Source of the DNA: Takakia lepidozioides
Lineage: Eukaryota > Plantae > Bryophyta
Reading direction: 5' to 3'
Assembly (NCBI GenBank): GCA_030704615.1
Contig: CM060733.1
Coordinates: 72,044,001-72,108,000, forward strand
Length of the DNA stretch: 64,000 nucleotides
Part shown: piece by piece, positions 1 to 12,868 of the stretch
Position numbering within the stretch: position 1 is the first letter of the stretch
Layout of the letters: each line of letters starts with the position of its first letter
Notes under the pieces: generated by a model
Told to the model about the DNA's origin: nothing
The model's database searches: none
The model's input: only the letters and a program-made list of their open reading frames with translations
Made by a program: the position numbers and the translations under genes

Positions 1-933
1 ACATGGGAGGCCAAGCTCATAGGAGTCAATACATGAGATCCCAAGCTCAAGTTCACAAGTTGCAAGATGGCGACTAATGATGGGGCAACTCTTGCACCCG
101 GCCTCTTGATCTATCGAGTTTGAGTGTAGTAGGGATAATGGTGGAGGACTTAGTGAGGCTATGGTCACTATCACATCTTGTGGCTACCTGGACTTAGAGG
201 GACCTAAGCACCAGCTAGGGGGGCGATTGTGTGGACTAGTGACTGCCATAGTGGGCAGCATAATGGCAGCCTAGTGACTGACTAGTTGTAGCCTAGTGGT
301 TGGACTAGTGGCTGGACTAGTGGTGGACTAGTAGTATACTAGTGTGTGGTGTGCACATGTGTTGTGTGGTTTTGGACAGCGATGTAGTTGTGTAGCGATA
401 TGTATGCGCACGACAGCTGTCAAGTTATTTTACCACTAGTGTGAAACTAGCTAGAAAATAGCTAGCTTTTACATATTGACATTTGGGATTGGCCCAAGTG
501 TCAATCCAGGGGTCAAGGCAGATTTAGGCCCTGGAGTGGTTATCTTCACGGCAAGCGCATGAGGCTCATCTTTCTCGAGTTGAGCCTCACCGCGCCTAGC
601 TATGGCGCCGTAGTGTGGATTCCCCATGGCGTGGGGTGCACTTGGCTTGACTTGTATTTGAGTGATGAGGTTATATATGCATGAGTTTATGCTTCAGCTT
701 TGTGAGCTCGCATGAGCTTGTGCTTGTATTCTTCTTCTTTATCATTGTGTGGACTAGTGACTGCCATAGTGGGCAGCATAATGGCAGCCTAGTGACTGAC
801 TAGTTGTAGCCTAGTGGTTGGACTAGTGGCTGGACTAGTGGTGGACTAGTAGTATACTAGTGTGTGGTGTGCACATGTGTTGTGTGGTTTTGGACAGCGA
901 TGTAGTTGTGTAGCGATATGTATGCGCACGACA
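1..933 (+). mobile_element. 3' end of a DNMT/PHD-type Gypsy retrotransposon (3' internal region, PPT, Y-gc-X-Y terminal repeats)
   Basis: Bases 1-227 align with the reverse complement of ~39560-39790, the post-integrase region of the element at 39-48 kb. PPT AGGGGGGCG at 217-225. Repeat Y at 228-415 and 746-933 (188 bp, TG...CGACA) flanks GC plus segment X (418-745). X recurs inverted at 54749-55073. Confidence 0.9.
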
Positions 934-1146
934 AACGCTCTTGCAATGCCCTGCATAGTGCAAGGTTGGATGGATGTTCCTCACCCCGGGATGGGGCGCA
1001 TATTTCAGTTGTCGACAGCTGGGTCTGTTGCGCGCAGTGTTGTGTATGCAAACACGGTTTCTCAGTTGAGGTGCATATCCGCAGTGGATGCCTTTATCCA
1101 TGCTCCAACACTGAGCTTCAACGAGCTGCACAAGGCCCTCAGGTAG
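934..1146 (+). pseudogene. 3' fragment of a MULE-type transposase (SWIM exon, SWIM core deleted), interrupted by the Gypsy element
   Basis: NALAMPCIVQGWMDVPHPGMGRIFQLSTAGSV...DAFIHAPTLSFNELHKALR matches NALGMACTIQSCVDVPPPGLGRVYRMATTGSV...DDFIHAPALSVNELHKLLR in ORF 12869-13798. It starts exactly after the Gypsy terminus at 933. Confidence 0.85.
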
Positions 1147-2599
1147 GATACAGGGAGGAGTGGTTGACATTCCACGGGATGCAGAAAGTGGAAAGATGCT
1201 ACATAACAGCCACTTTCATTGTTGCAATTGCGGCACTACTCTATTTTTGAGACATGTGGAACTGATATTCCCACCCAATTTTATTACGAACAACTTCTTC
1301 CACCATATTTTTTGGCAAGAAATATATATTTGGTGGTGCCGCATTTCCATGGCTAGGCCACTTTCGGTGCCGCAATACATGAATAGTCGCCTTTGACCCT
1401 GAATGGTATTGGCATGCTTTTTCATTTTGCTTCTGACTATTAATGGATCCGAGGAAAGTACTCATTGTTTGTAGATACAGGTGCATTCTGACCTATTTCG
1501 GTGCCTTTATTCAACTGTATAGTGCATAGTGCTTCCTTGTTAGTGCGAAGCATTCATTTTGTGGAGATGCAGCAGCCCATTGTGGCGTATTTTGTCGCCT
1601 TTATCCCATAACTCTGATTTGCTACCAATACTATGACACTGTTTGGCAAATGTGATGCCTTTACAAGATTACAAGTGTTGTGTTCCAATGCCAAGGCTCC
1701 TACTGCACATTCCTGCATTCAGATACTGTGCCTTGTGCACACAGACCAATCCATACGACAGAGGACACGTCCCAGCAATACTGACCGTCAATTGCAAATA
1801 ACCTTTACAGAAGATTGTTCAAGCATGTATATTCCCCATATGCCACAAGGAAGCTACACTACTTCTGCTGGAAAACGAATATGCATGAGTGTCTGGGTGT
1901 CCAAACATGACAATTCTAAACATGGAAGAAGGGCGGCTATGCTCCCCTCGCCCAACTAGAAGGAACTCGACTGGCCTGTGAACGAGCTCATGAGTGACCG
2001 GGCTTCTCCATGTGAATGCAATGTCAGAGGTTTCTGCCACCCGCGTGAAACTAATGACAATGTCGTGTCCATCGATAACACCTCCTGTGTACAACGACAT
2101 TTTTATTGTGGGCCCTGTGTTCCCCTGCTGCTCATCCTCATAACTCAAGAAAATGTCCCCATACTGTTCGGCTCCCAGTGAAGCGGAAGGTCCAGGTCCA
2201 TGATGCGGAACCACCTGCTCGCCATACGAGGTCCAAGAGAATCATGAAATCCTGGAAGAACTCCATTGCTCTCAGCTGAACAAGTCGAGGATCGTCCCTG
2301 TAAACATCTAGAAAGACAATGATGTTGTCTGATTTCGGGGCGATGAGTCCCGTCTGGCGTCGATAGATGTGAGTCGGGCACGCCATGGCCTCAGGACAGA
2401 GCAAGAACACAGTGCAGAGAGGAGATGTGCACAGAAGAGAAGAGAGAAGAGCAGAATGAGAGTGAGGCCGGTGGAAGAGGGATATATCATTGCTGCACTA
2501 CCAATGTGGTATGCGGCAGAACTCAAATTTCCTCCCACATGTCTGCATTTATTAAACAAATACGCACCAGTTTTAGGACAGTTTGCATCTGGCAGTCCC

Positions 2600-3094
2600 G
2601 GGCCCTGTCCTATATTTCGGCGCCGTTATTGCCTTCACTCCGGACCCTTCAGCCGACTATTTGTTTTCCGGTGCCCAATTTCGGCGCCGTTATCCCCAAC
2701 CATCCTGCAGTTCTGGAAAAGTACTATCCACGGTTACAGGTCCACATTGCTTGTTCGGAGTCGGCAAACCTCGATCGTAATTCCGCGGGCGCCCCTTCCT
2801 GTGGGGTAATTTCGGCGCCGTTATTGGCCAATATGCAGTTTTTCCATGAGTTGGGCCGGCAATACATGAGCGAATACTGCTACCCATGAGCGGAGTGTTT
2901 CGAGCATGAGCGCGGAATCTTCGAAAACCAAGTTTTAATCTTCACAAAGTATATATTTTTAAATACCACTTTTGATTATTTTATTTTATTTTCCTGAAAA
3001 AAACCTGTCGTTATTGGTAGTGTGTTGCGTGGCGGCTCATGGCTCATGCATGCCCACTCATGGGCTCATGAGCTCATGGAATAACAACCCCCCG
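2600..3094 (-). mobile_element. Terminus and subterminal region of the MULE-type family
   Basis: On the minus strand from 3094: CGGGGGGTTGTTATTCCATGAGC, then CATGAGC repeats, an AT-rich spacer, inverted GCTCATG motifs and ATTTCGGCGCCG palindromes. This mirrors the layout at 12031-12600 and resembles 29119-29170. No TSD established. Confidence 0.6.
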
Positions 3095-3180
3095 TAGTAT
3101 TGCTCTGTTCTTTCCAGTTTCAATTTGTACACATGGTAGACAACAATCTCTATATACTGACTGCAACTCGTTTCTCACAG

Positions 3181-3389
3181 GTGACTCACTGTGGGCTGGG
3201 GGATTTTTGAGCAAACACGTGTTTGCCTTTGAGGAGGACACTGGCCTCTATGACTCCCACCTCACAAGGCTTCAACGACTGCCGGCAGAGGCTGCCAAGT
3301 CAGCGGACGACTCAGAGAAGGAAGATGAAGAAAAGGAGGGGACGGTTGACATGAGAACCCTATTTACGAGTGAGTGCCAGCATTTGTAA
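3181..3389 (+). pseudogene. Last exon of a ParB-MTase paralogue (after SAM-binding motif I)
   Basis: Follows acceptor ctcacAG at 3180 in phase 1 and reads GDSLWAGGFLSKHVFAFEEDTGLYDSHLTRL plus an acidic tail. Matches GASFHACKSAERHFFGMEADTELFSSELHQL (27278 onward, same intron position and phase) and GSSMVAATICGRHLLALEGDDELL (~29.7 kb). Confidence 0.65.
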
Positions 3390-3653
3390 GTTTGCTACTA
3401 CTTGTTTGCAGCCACCCATCCCAATGTCATTCCTTCATTTACCTCGCATGTCCCTTTGTGCTGTGCATTTATTCTAAGTAATTGTGTATTATGCAGGATT
3501 CCAAGTTCTGCATGCAAATCAAGACCGCATCATTCCGTTGGTACGACTAATCTGCTGTTTTTTGCCAGGTCGGGCTTTGTGCAAAGCCCTGTCAAGGACT
3601 TTTCTTTTCCTTCTTATGCAGACAGACTTGCAAGGTCCACAATTAGACGCTTT

Positions 3654-4295
3654 GAACCATCGGAACTGAAATGCGGCACCGCATTTCCGTCCGAGTCGCA
3701 CCTTCCGACATTCCAGAACGGAAATGCGGCGCCGCATTTCCGTTTTGTATCTCAGGCACGAAGGTGTGGGACGGAAATGCGGCACCGCATTTCCGTTCGG
3801 ACTGAAAATCGTGAACCACCGGAACTGAAATGCGGCACCGCATTTCCGTCCGGGGGAGACCTTCATACTCTCCAGAACGGAAATGCGGTACCGCATTTCC
3901 GTTCTAACTGAAAATCGTGAACCACCGGAACTGAAATCCGGCACCGTATTTCCGTCCGAGTCGCACCTTCCGACATTCCAGAACGGAAATGCGGCGCCGC
4001 ATTTCCGTTTTGTATCTCTGGCATGGAATTGTGGGACAGAAGTGCGGTGCCGCATTTCCATCCGTGTGAGACCTTCATACTCTCCAGACCGGAAATGCGG
4101 CACCGCATTTCCGTTCAACAACTAAGGTATGTGAAGGTGGAACGGAAATGCGGTGCCGCATTTTCGTCCAACAAGTACGGTATGTGGTACTTAATGGAAA
4201 TGCGGCGCCGCATTTGCGTTTTCACTCTAACTCATCAGACGCTGGGTCGGAAATGCCATGATATGTGAACACGTGGACCAACGGAATTGCGGCAC
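3654..4295. repeat. Array of palindrome CGGAAATGCGGYRCCGCATTTCCG with 53-bp period
   Basis: The CGGYRCCG core starts at 3674, 3727, 3780, 3833, 3886, 3939, 3992, 4045, 4098, 4151 and 4203. Spacers vary, with a higher-order 265-bp duplication (3654/3919). Confidence 0.95.
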
Positions 4296-4566
4296 ATGTC
4301 TGCACTCTATATGACTGAAGTGGCAAGAGGCGGCGCGGCCTAACCGTTGGTTAATGATGTTTGTTTTTCGGACGGCAGGCGTACCCTTGACGATTCGAAT
4401 TTTGTAATGACGTATAGTCCACGAAGAGACACTTTCGTCCAAGCCTTTCGAACCCAAGTGGTGCATCACCGCCGTTTCATCTTCTTTTGTCGTGTTTACT
4501 CATTCACCCCTCTCGCGCCCTTTATTTCTGCACTCTTCGCCCCTTTTCCCTGTCTCTGTTCTTCTT

Positions 4567-4755
4567 ATGCTCGAACCTAAGAGGGAGGGAGTTCGTGCAC
4601 CAGAGAAGAGACATCGTCGCAAGCTCCGAAAATTGTACTTCGGACGTAGGCCAATGCCGAAGGGGAGGAAACAGATGCGTCTACAGGAGGAGATTGCCAT
4701 CTCGCAGCAGCAGGCCACGCAGACAACCCAGCCACCAGTGAGAGGTTGTCAATGA
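4567..4755 (+). CDS. Short basic ORF or first exon, unknown function, homologous to 19381-19560
   Basis: RHRRKLRKLYFGRRPMPKGRKQMRLQEEIAISQQQ versus RPRRKLKALYYGRRPTSRMAKLKLQQEIPLSCSQ. Both lie ~300-360 bp downstream of a palindrome array. Confidence 0.55.
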   Translation: MLEPKREGVRAPEKRHRRKLRKLYFGRRPMPKGRKQMRLQEEIAISQQQATQTTQPPVRGCQ

Positions 4756-6789
4756 GGGTTGGCTGGCGATGATGTAGAGTTGAAAGAGAGGATACACTGG
4801 GGTGCCTTCGCCTACCTGGGACAACATAATCTCATTCCTCAATCTGGTGAGAATTCCAGTTTCTTTCCTTTTTCTCTGAAAGTTTCATTGGCAGTATTTC
4901 AGTCTGGTTCTTTGAAAACATTCTTTGTTTTGTATTAAGAGTGGAAGGATCTAACTATGAGAGTACTAACCATGGAGTTGTGTTTCTCTAACATGGGTGT
5001 GGGTTCTAACTCCATCGGCCACTAGGCCTTTTGCATTGTTGAAGTTGACAAGAGGGTGTGAGGGAAACTAATCAAGGGATCCTTAACTAGGTGCTTGAAA
5101 TTTCATTATTGAAATTTTCCTTTGTTTTTTCTGTGAAGCAAGATGGATGAGTGAAGCTTAGTTGTTACTAAGCTCACCACACTTGCCATTCACATTTGTT
5201 ATTTTTGTTAAGCATCAACCCCCCATGAGGGAGCAGGACAGGTGGAAGAGCTAACAAAGTATTTGTGTTTTTTTTTCAGTTTATTTGGTTGGTGGAAATT
5301 TAATTTGTTGCCCAAATTAATTTATAGGCCTAGAAACTAGTTCCATACTATAGCCTCCCAAGCTTATATAAGCCAATGAGGACCATAGCTAGGTAGGCTA
5401 GGTTAGCCATGATGTTTTTTTCTAGGTGACATGCAAGATGTCATGTTATCAGGATGGGCAGCCCTTAAATGGAGGCGCCTAAAAGGGGGAGGCATGGCAA
5501 TAGCCATGCAATGGCTATTGCATGAGGGCGGGCTGCTGCCACAGCTGCGACATCCAAGGCGTTGACCCCAGCACAACACAGTTGTACAGCTAGCCATGCA
5601 GGCTGGGTGGGGAGAGCGCCCATAATTAACATTTTGCTGCACGGACCCCGCGGTCATCCCCCTCTGTCACCCCGCCCCATCTGTCTGCCTATGGCGCCGC
5701 GCCTGGCTATGGACCAGCGGGTAAAAGAGTTCGCATTACCTGGTGTATAATTTTTTAAAGGGGGTCTAGACTAAAGAATTCCTTTTGTGGGATCTTCAGT
5801 CCCGTCCAGTAAGCGGTTCTTTGTACATATTTCATTTTGGCGGCTAGGGCGGTAATCGAAATGGGTCGATGAGGGCCCCGAGGCCGTTCTTTCCATATGT
5901 AAGAGGTAGTTAGCTAGGAAATTGGCTATCCGGCTCAACCTGAGACACCTGCTCACGAAAAGAGGACAAGAAGTCCATTGCTTTTGGGAGGAATAGAGGG
6001 GGCTGGGGGGGGGGTTTTTTTTTGAAGTGGGAGAGATGACCATTTCCACCGACACTTGGCCTTAAGGTGCACTTAGGGGTGGCGGAACCAACAGCGGACC
6101 CACCAAACAATTAAATAGAGTTATAGGGAGCGTGTTTTGTGGAATGAGGAATAGAAAGGTAGTGGGTTGGTGGATGGATGAACTATGGATGAATTATGGT
6201 CAATTTTCATCCTTTTTTCATCCGCTGGATGAAAACACAGTCCAGCCTTTGGTGGGGTTTGAACTTGGGACCTAGAGGCTAGGATCAATTATTAAGGGCT
6301 TAGGAGGTGTTTCGACCCATTGGACGATTCTCCTATGGTTTCCCAGTGACGGAATTGGTATTTGGGTGAGATGGAGGGGCTGTTGGAATATCTAAAGCTC
6401 ATCCTTATCAGGTTCCCAACCAAAATCCTCATGCTCAACATGCAAGTAGTTGGGATCCATGATGAACGATCAAACCTTACCAAATCAAACACTATTCTGG
6501 AAGTAGATAAGTTGGGTTAAACACATCATTCATTTGATAACACACAGACAAAAACACGAGTTCAGTGCACCCTAAGTCAGTTACATAGAACAAAACCTGA
6601 GTGGAAAGCTTCGTTGATGCTTGGCCGACAGCATTGAAACGTGGTTGGTGCCACAAACCCCACCTACTAAATACCAACTACCAACACATTAAGAATGAAC
6701 GCCTCCATTGCAATAATTAGTGGCAACAACCCTCCATAGCTCGCTAAGAACCCTAAGTTTGCAGGATAGCGATACCAGGCTAAGAAGGA

Positions 6790-7651
6790 AGAAGGTGAAC
6801 GTGCATCGAGTATGAAGTCTGGTATTCCGAAAGTGCTACCAGGCTGGAATGGTCTCTTCCCGTGTCTTGTAAACTCTCATACCAGGGGTATATTAGTTTG
6901 CACCCGAGTATCACAACTGTTTGAGACTAGCCTGGTCTGGTTCTCCATACCAGTGTTGATACCATTCTTGATACCAAGCTCGCCCCTATATACCAGACCA
7001 ACACTGGTTGCAACACCATTAGCAGGAATGAATGGAACTCTGTCTAGGGCGACATTTGAAGAAAGGACCGAGTAGCAAAGATCTCGGCCTTCATATGGAA
7101 AATTGCGCATAGGATCCTTCCTGTGAATGCAGTCATGCAGGAAGGACCCGCAGGTCTGCCCCACTTGCCTTCAAGATCTGGAATCCATCGAGCATTGTTT
7201 TGTTCTTTGCCCATTAGCAAACCACATTTGGAAGTTTATCCTTTTATTCTACTCGACTTGGAAGACGCTTCCACCCTCCCCCTCTCCTCCCTTGCTTATA
7301 TTAAATGTTCAACCCGGACAGGCTATGCTCACCTGCCCAGTTTGGGCGTGCCTTAGAGCACATACCCTCTGGAATGTGTGGAAAGTCAGATGTTCATGGA
7401 AATATTAGGGGAAACCCCTTAGCATCAGAGCAATCTTATTTACGGTTTCCTTTGATCTGATGACTGAGGGGAGGAAGGCCTGGGTCTCCCTGTCTGCAGC
7501 TCTTCCCAGATCTTCAGAGCAACGCAGGGCTAGGCTCCTCCAGGATTTCGATCTCACCTGGGGCAAGAGCGGCATGCTCGGCTCCCGTGTTTCCAACTCA
7601 TCTGTTCGGTGGAAAGACTTCGTCCCCACGCGATGGCAAGATACCTGGTGA
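6790..7651 (+). mobile_element. Degenerate non-LTR retrotransposon (LINE) ORF2 C-terminus, zf-RVT region
   Basis: EWNSV*GDI*RKDRVAKISAFIWKIAHRILPVN, then CPTCLQDLESIEHCFVLCPLANHIW and LWNVWKVRC. Contains stops and a frameshift. Confidence 0.8.
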
Positions 7652-7734
7652 AGGCGACGAATGGGATTGCAACTGGAGGCATAGGCACGAGAGAGACCCC
7701 ATGTTCAAGGCTCAAGTCAAATTCTAGCTCATGG

Positions 7735-8620
7735 CTCTAGTTCTCATGTCCCTGCTATATTCTGTTGTAACCACTCATGCCCACGAATATCCTAACTCCA
7801 GTGGGGTTTTTCGGAATATGATATTGTTCTATGGCAGGGATCTTGTTAGGATCAGGCCTCACCCCTGTTGCAGACACCACATGTCCAAGGAAAACCAATT
7901 CATTGCTGCCAAAGCTGCACTTATTTGGGTTTAGTTTCAGATTTGCTCCTTTAAACTTTGCAAGAATCTGAGTTAGGTGAATCAAATGCAGATCCCAATC
8001 CTCACTATGTACATTGACATCATCAACAAAGACCTTGGTACACTCCTTGATCTCTACAACAAAAATGGTATTCATTGCCCACTGGTAGCGGTGGCATTTT
8101 TCAGCCCAAAGGGCATCACTAGCCACTCATACAATCCTCTCTTGGCAATTACTGTTTTTTCTTGACATCACCGGGATCCATTTTTATCTGCCAGAACCCG
8201 CTCTGCAAGTCAAGGGCTGGAAACCACTCTGCCTTGCCCAGCTGATTCAACACATCTTGAATTAGAGGCATAGGGTATGAATCCCTCCTTGTGAGAAGGT
8301 TCAGAGGCCTGTAATCTCCATAGAAATGTTTCGAGCCATCTTTTTTGTGTGGCAATGGGACAGGGCAGGAAATCTCTGATTTACTCTCACGCATATTTCC
8401 TATGGCAATCAAAGACTCAATTTGCAGCTGTACCTCTTCCTTGATCTTCCCATTCAGACAGACGGCTAGGTTGGCTTCTACAACCCTTGCGTATCAATAA
8501 CATGTTCTACCACAGAATAGAAACCGAGATCCACCTTACTGAGAGCAAAGCAGTCCTAATTCTTCCTGAGCAGATCTTCCATAACCTTTTTTTTGTGGTT
8601 CAGAAATCTTCTTACTGATG
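7735..8620 (-). mobile_element. Degenerate Ty3/Gypsy reverse transcriptase fragment
   Basis: YGDYRPLNLLTRRDSYPMP...ALDLQSGFWQI, FVDDVNVHS, and KCSFGSNELVFLGHVVSATGVRPDPNK. Frameshifted. Confidence 0.9.
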
Positions 8621-9019
8621 TTAAGCTTGGCCCGCAAACTGTGCTAGTAGACTTCTTCCTCATCTCTTCCCTTGGCTGTAATCTGATTCACCCGGTTCAT
8701 ACAAACACTCATTTTTTGTTTCTTCTCATGGGCAGTGACCAAGTTCCAATCATGGAAGTCATCTTCAATTTTTGAGCTAGTGTTATCCAACTCTCCCTCC
8801 CATGCCTTGGCATAAGCTCCTTAGATCACAGATGTGGCCAACTTGGTGGGTATCTCCTTGTCAAGAAGTTCACCATATAATCCCTGGTCCTCCAGAACTG
8901 CTTCTTGTTCCTCCATCAATCGCAAAGCCTTACTTGTTGTTCATACAGGCATTGTCCACCATAAATCCTCTGAAATTTGGGAGTCATTTGCCTCCTCTTA
9001 CCATTTGCTGGTTGATGCC

Positions 9020-9121
9020 ACTAGTAGGAAGTGTGTCCAAAATGACTGGACTTACGACTGAAAACCCAGTCGCAACGGACTCTGCGACTGGGGGGGGGGC
9101 GCCAGTTGCAAAAGACTAGTG
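9020..9121 (+). mobile_element. Possible CACTA-type terminus with inverted subterminal repeats
   Basis: CACTAGTAGGAA at 9020, followed by the inverted pair CCCAGTCGCA...TGCGACTGGG. No matching TSD found. Confidence 0.3.
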
Positions 9122-10911
9122 GTATTCGGACAACCCAATGGAGTGTTGTCGGACAAGTTGCTTATGTCACTAGATTTGGAATTTCATGGAGGGGCAACGT
9201 GGCGCCACAGGGTAGATTGCACGGGTAGTTGACTTTGACTTTGACCTGCATTATTATTGACTTTTGACCGGTATTACCAACTATACTAACTCATTAATGT
9301 TGCTGCCACGTGCGGGTGATACAGCCAAGGGATTGCACGTGGTATCCATACAACGCCACGGATAGCCACGTGTCGCACTGGAACTGGAGCGCCACACATA
9401 AAACCGAGTTGTTGATACAACTTGTAGTTAGTGATAGAATGTACTCGTGCAAGTCGTACTTTTCCAGTTGGATATACGACTGGAAGTGGTGGCTGCTCAA
9501 GTTGCATATGCAACTATGGGATGTTTATTGCACTGGTTTGCTGCTATTATTGCTTTCCCACTCACAACAACAAATCATAAAGAAATGTGAGAGTTGTGGA
9601 AGCAAGTATAAATGAACACAATACTTTCCTTCAAGAACGAACAACCTAGCACTTAAAAACTTATTAATTGGAAAACGGTGCATCTTTGGTTTCGGAACCA
9701 GAAAAAGAGAGAGAGACGACTCCGGCCGAGGCCGGCGTAACTAAGAGCCACTTCGCCTTGCGGCTACTGCCCCTTTTCAGGGGTGGGCCCTATGTACAAA
9801 TAACCGATGTCCAGGGGACACCAAGTGACTAGCTCAGGGGTGGTACCCGGCAGCTAAGGGTTCTGTATGGTACCCATGAAGACCAATGGGGTACCCCATG
9901 GGTACCCAAAGACGCCCAGGATGCCTAGGAGGCAAGAGAAGGATTAGATTCGAGTTGTCATTTGTTGGTAATGATAGCAGTGAGACATCACAGTGCCGTG
10001 AGGTGAATGGCTTCAAAGCATTTATGCCTAGTTATCAATCCTGACGTGACGTGGCGCTGATACGTCGGCCGTCACGTCACGTCGAATCCGGACGTTTACC
10101 CATGTAATTTTTTTTACATTTGACTTTTACGATTTACTTCTATCCTTTGTAATGACATGGCAGCCACGGTGTAAAATAGACATGGCCAATTATTAATATC
10201 TATTAATTCCTTTTAGAAAATACGTCCGCCTATATTGGTGGTCGCATATAGTTGTAATGTAGATTGTCTGCGATTACAACCGTACCATCAATCTTCAAGC
10301 CATATCCAAAAAGTGGTTCAATCTGATAAGCGCGAAGCGCTGGGTCTCAGTAAATATTTCCATTTGGTATATCTAATAATATAGTATGATTGGTAAGCAT
10401 ACATTTAACCAATTTACGATATAAGTATTGATGCATCGTATACTACGCATATCGCAGCCACGACTTGATGCCCAAGCTCGCAATCACATTGCACTGGAGG
10501 CATTTCGCGCCGGTCTGCTTGCAGAATTTATGCCAAAGCCTGTGCCCGATATGACCAGTTGGTTCCCCCAGCACCACGTAAATGAGATGCGTAGGGGGTA
10601 TCGTAGGTATCGTAGGCATTATGGCCGGTGACGAGCAGGCCCACCCCCCCCCCTCCGGTTCCTCAGGCGGTCTCCCTGATCCAGTGTTCTCATATGATGA
10701 TTTCGCGCCGTACATGCAGTAGCAGCTTGCAGGCCGATTGTGCCCCCCCCCCCTCGGTCTATTTCTTTGCCTGATCCACCTCCGGTAGTACCTGATCCAC
10801 CTCCGGTAGTACCTGATCCGGACGTTGTACCCCCGGCTGCGCCTTCGGCATTACATCCTCAACCACCTTCATTTTCATCTCCTCCGCCAGCAGTACCACC
10901 TCCACCTCCAC

Positions 10912-11647
10912 CTTCTCGTGTACTTAGCCGATTCGGTGCTCCAGCTGAGACCAAGGGAGAGAGTTCTTGGGGGAGTTTCAGGCTTTGTAAGATAAAGCCT
11001 TGATAGACCATCGTACCACTTCTTGGGATCATCCTGAGGCCAATGGCTTGGCAGAGAGAGTTGTGCAGACGGTGAAGAGGGGTTTGCGCAAGTATGGATT
11101 GCAGAAGGGACACCTAGGAGATTGGGATCTTCAGGTACCTTGGTTAGCCATGGGCTACAGAGCAAGCAAGCATCACTTGCCTCCTTCTCACCATATTTCC
11201 TTCTATTTGGCCGAGAGCCGGATTTACCTGCAGCCATTCGTAGGGACACTGAAGTCCTTAACCTCAACGATCCGGACGTGTGGGTACGTACATGTGATCA
11301 GCTTGCAGAGTTGTTCAAGAAAGTCATGCCCATGGCTTTTGAGAACCTTGCCATTGCACAACACCGTGATACGTTGAGATATGCCACTATACGTGGTGGA
11401 GGATATCGTCCTGGGGTTCGGAGGTTCCATCCTAGGGACTATATTTATTTGCAGCAGACTACTCCTACAACCTTGGATGTGACTGCAGGGCGTGTTATTC
11501 TGAAGGTTCGAGAGGTGGTACCCTCAGGAGTCCTGATCTTGGAGGGTCGGGATAGCATGACTTTGAAGGATCATGTGCGTAATTGTGCACCATGTCACCT
11601 TCCCAATGTCGATGACATGATTGACCCAAATTTGGCAGTGGTACCCC
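10912..11647 (+). mobile_element. Integrase fragment of the DNMT/PHD Gypsy family
   Basis: VLSRFGAPAE...DHPEANGLAERVVQTVKRGLRKYGLQKGHLGDWDLQ...NCAPCHLPNVD is near-identical to ORF 39817-40812. Frameshifted and truncated before the PHD. Confidence 0.9.
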
Positions 11648-12031
11648 TGGGGGGTGCACTCTTCATAAAAAGACCATATCACGTGCGTGCATCAGCCAAT
11701 ATAAAATACCCCTGTATATAGCTTAAGTCATGAATTTATCATATGTATATATATTTTTAAGAATTTATTAAAACTCCTAAAGTATTTATATAAAATAATA
11801 ATAATAAATAACAACACCCTGTGAAGCTTGATTCCGGGGCCGTGCGATTATTCCTCTCTATCCCGGGAATTACCTATACTGGGGTTGTATACTCTATAGG
11901 ACAGCGCTCGCTAGACATAGAAGAATCAGTTCAAGTGTCACACACTGTCACTACTTTTCATCCAACCACATGCAATCTTTCTCACAACCAGCTCGTACAA
12001 CTCATGAGATCCAAAATCAACCACCCCCCTG
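11647..12031. mobile_element. Possible short non-autonomous element with C(A/T)GGGGGGTG terminal inverted repeats
   Basis: CTGGGGGGTG at 11647 and CACCCCCCTG ending at 12031, with an AT-rich interior. It begins exactly where the integrase homology stops. Confidence 0.4.
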
Positions 12032-12610
12032 AGAGAGGTTAGCTATTTCATGAGCATGAGCGGCATGAGCGGAGTAGTAAGACAATCGGTTTTCATGAGC
12101 AGAAGTACAAATTATGCAAATAAAAAACATTAAAAACATTATTTTAATGGGATATGTCAGGAAAAACAATATAATATTCATTGTTTGAAGTAGAAATTGT
12201 AGTTTTGAGAGCCGTGCTCATGATATTTCGTCTTCCGCTCATGCGAATTCCGAGCGACATCTGCAAAAATGGCGCCGAATTTTGCGGTAATAGGTTCCGC
12301 AAGCAGAAAAATCGGCGACGTATTGCGCGGTAATAGGTGTCTCCGGCGAAAAAATGGTGCCGAATTTCGCGGTTATAGGTCCCAACTTCATTGAAGTGTA
12401 AGCCCAAAATTTGGAAATGTGGCGCCGAATTTCGGTACATGGTGCCGGGCATTGCACAAATGTTGGGCAATTCTGGGCCATGTAACTGGAAATTCAGCGC
12501 CATTTTTCCAGACATTGTTGGGACTTAGCCAGTTTTCGGCCCAAAAAAAGGAAATTCGGCGCCATTTTCCCAGAAATGGCCCCCTCAACTGCAACTGTTG
12601 GAACTCAGTT
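12031..12610 (+). mobile_element. Left terminus and subterminal palindromes of the MULE-type element
   Basis: GAGAGAGGTTAGCTATTTCATGAGCATGAGC resembles the termini at 3094(-) and 29119(+). Inverted CATGAGC motifs surround an AT-rich spacer, followed by several degenerate AAATTCGGCGCCGAATTT copies at 12265-12570. Confidence 0.55.
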
Positions 12611-12868
12611 TTCTGGAAGATTTGCAAATTTTTCCTACCGCCATCTTTGTATTGATTCTGTTTCGACATTGCATTGCCACTGGACGTCAAAGGATATCCA
12701 GCAGTCCCTAGTGTTTAAAAGACATCACTTTAATATTGTTTGTCTCATTCCAGGAGTTTTGGGGTGCAATTCATTACACTGCAAAACAAAGTCTAACGCA
12801 TCAAAATGCAATTGCAAATATCCATATGGTGGATTCCCTTTTCCCCATCAATGATTTCTTTTTCCCCA

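Noticed and set aside
228-933. Y-X-Y as an independent TRIM or mini-LTR element
   Set aside because: No PBS, PPT or TSD of its own. The same layout follows the PPT in two diverged copies, and X forms the 5' end of copy B.
3654-4295. Palindromic repeats with regular spacers resembling a CRISPR array
   Set aside because: Spacers are themselves duplicated (265-bp higher-order repeat), the repeats vary internally, there are no cas genes, and the context is eukaryotic.
6290-6790. Inverted 5' part of the LINE (twin priming)
   Set aside because: Only a weak LSLVSLSCKL resemblance on the minus strand, too degenerate to support.
10740-10911. Proline-rich extensin-like ORF
   Set aside because: Low-complexity sequence with a 21-bp duplication, fused by chance to an integrase fragment, with no gene structure.
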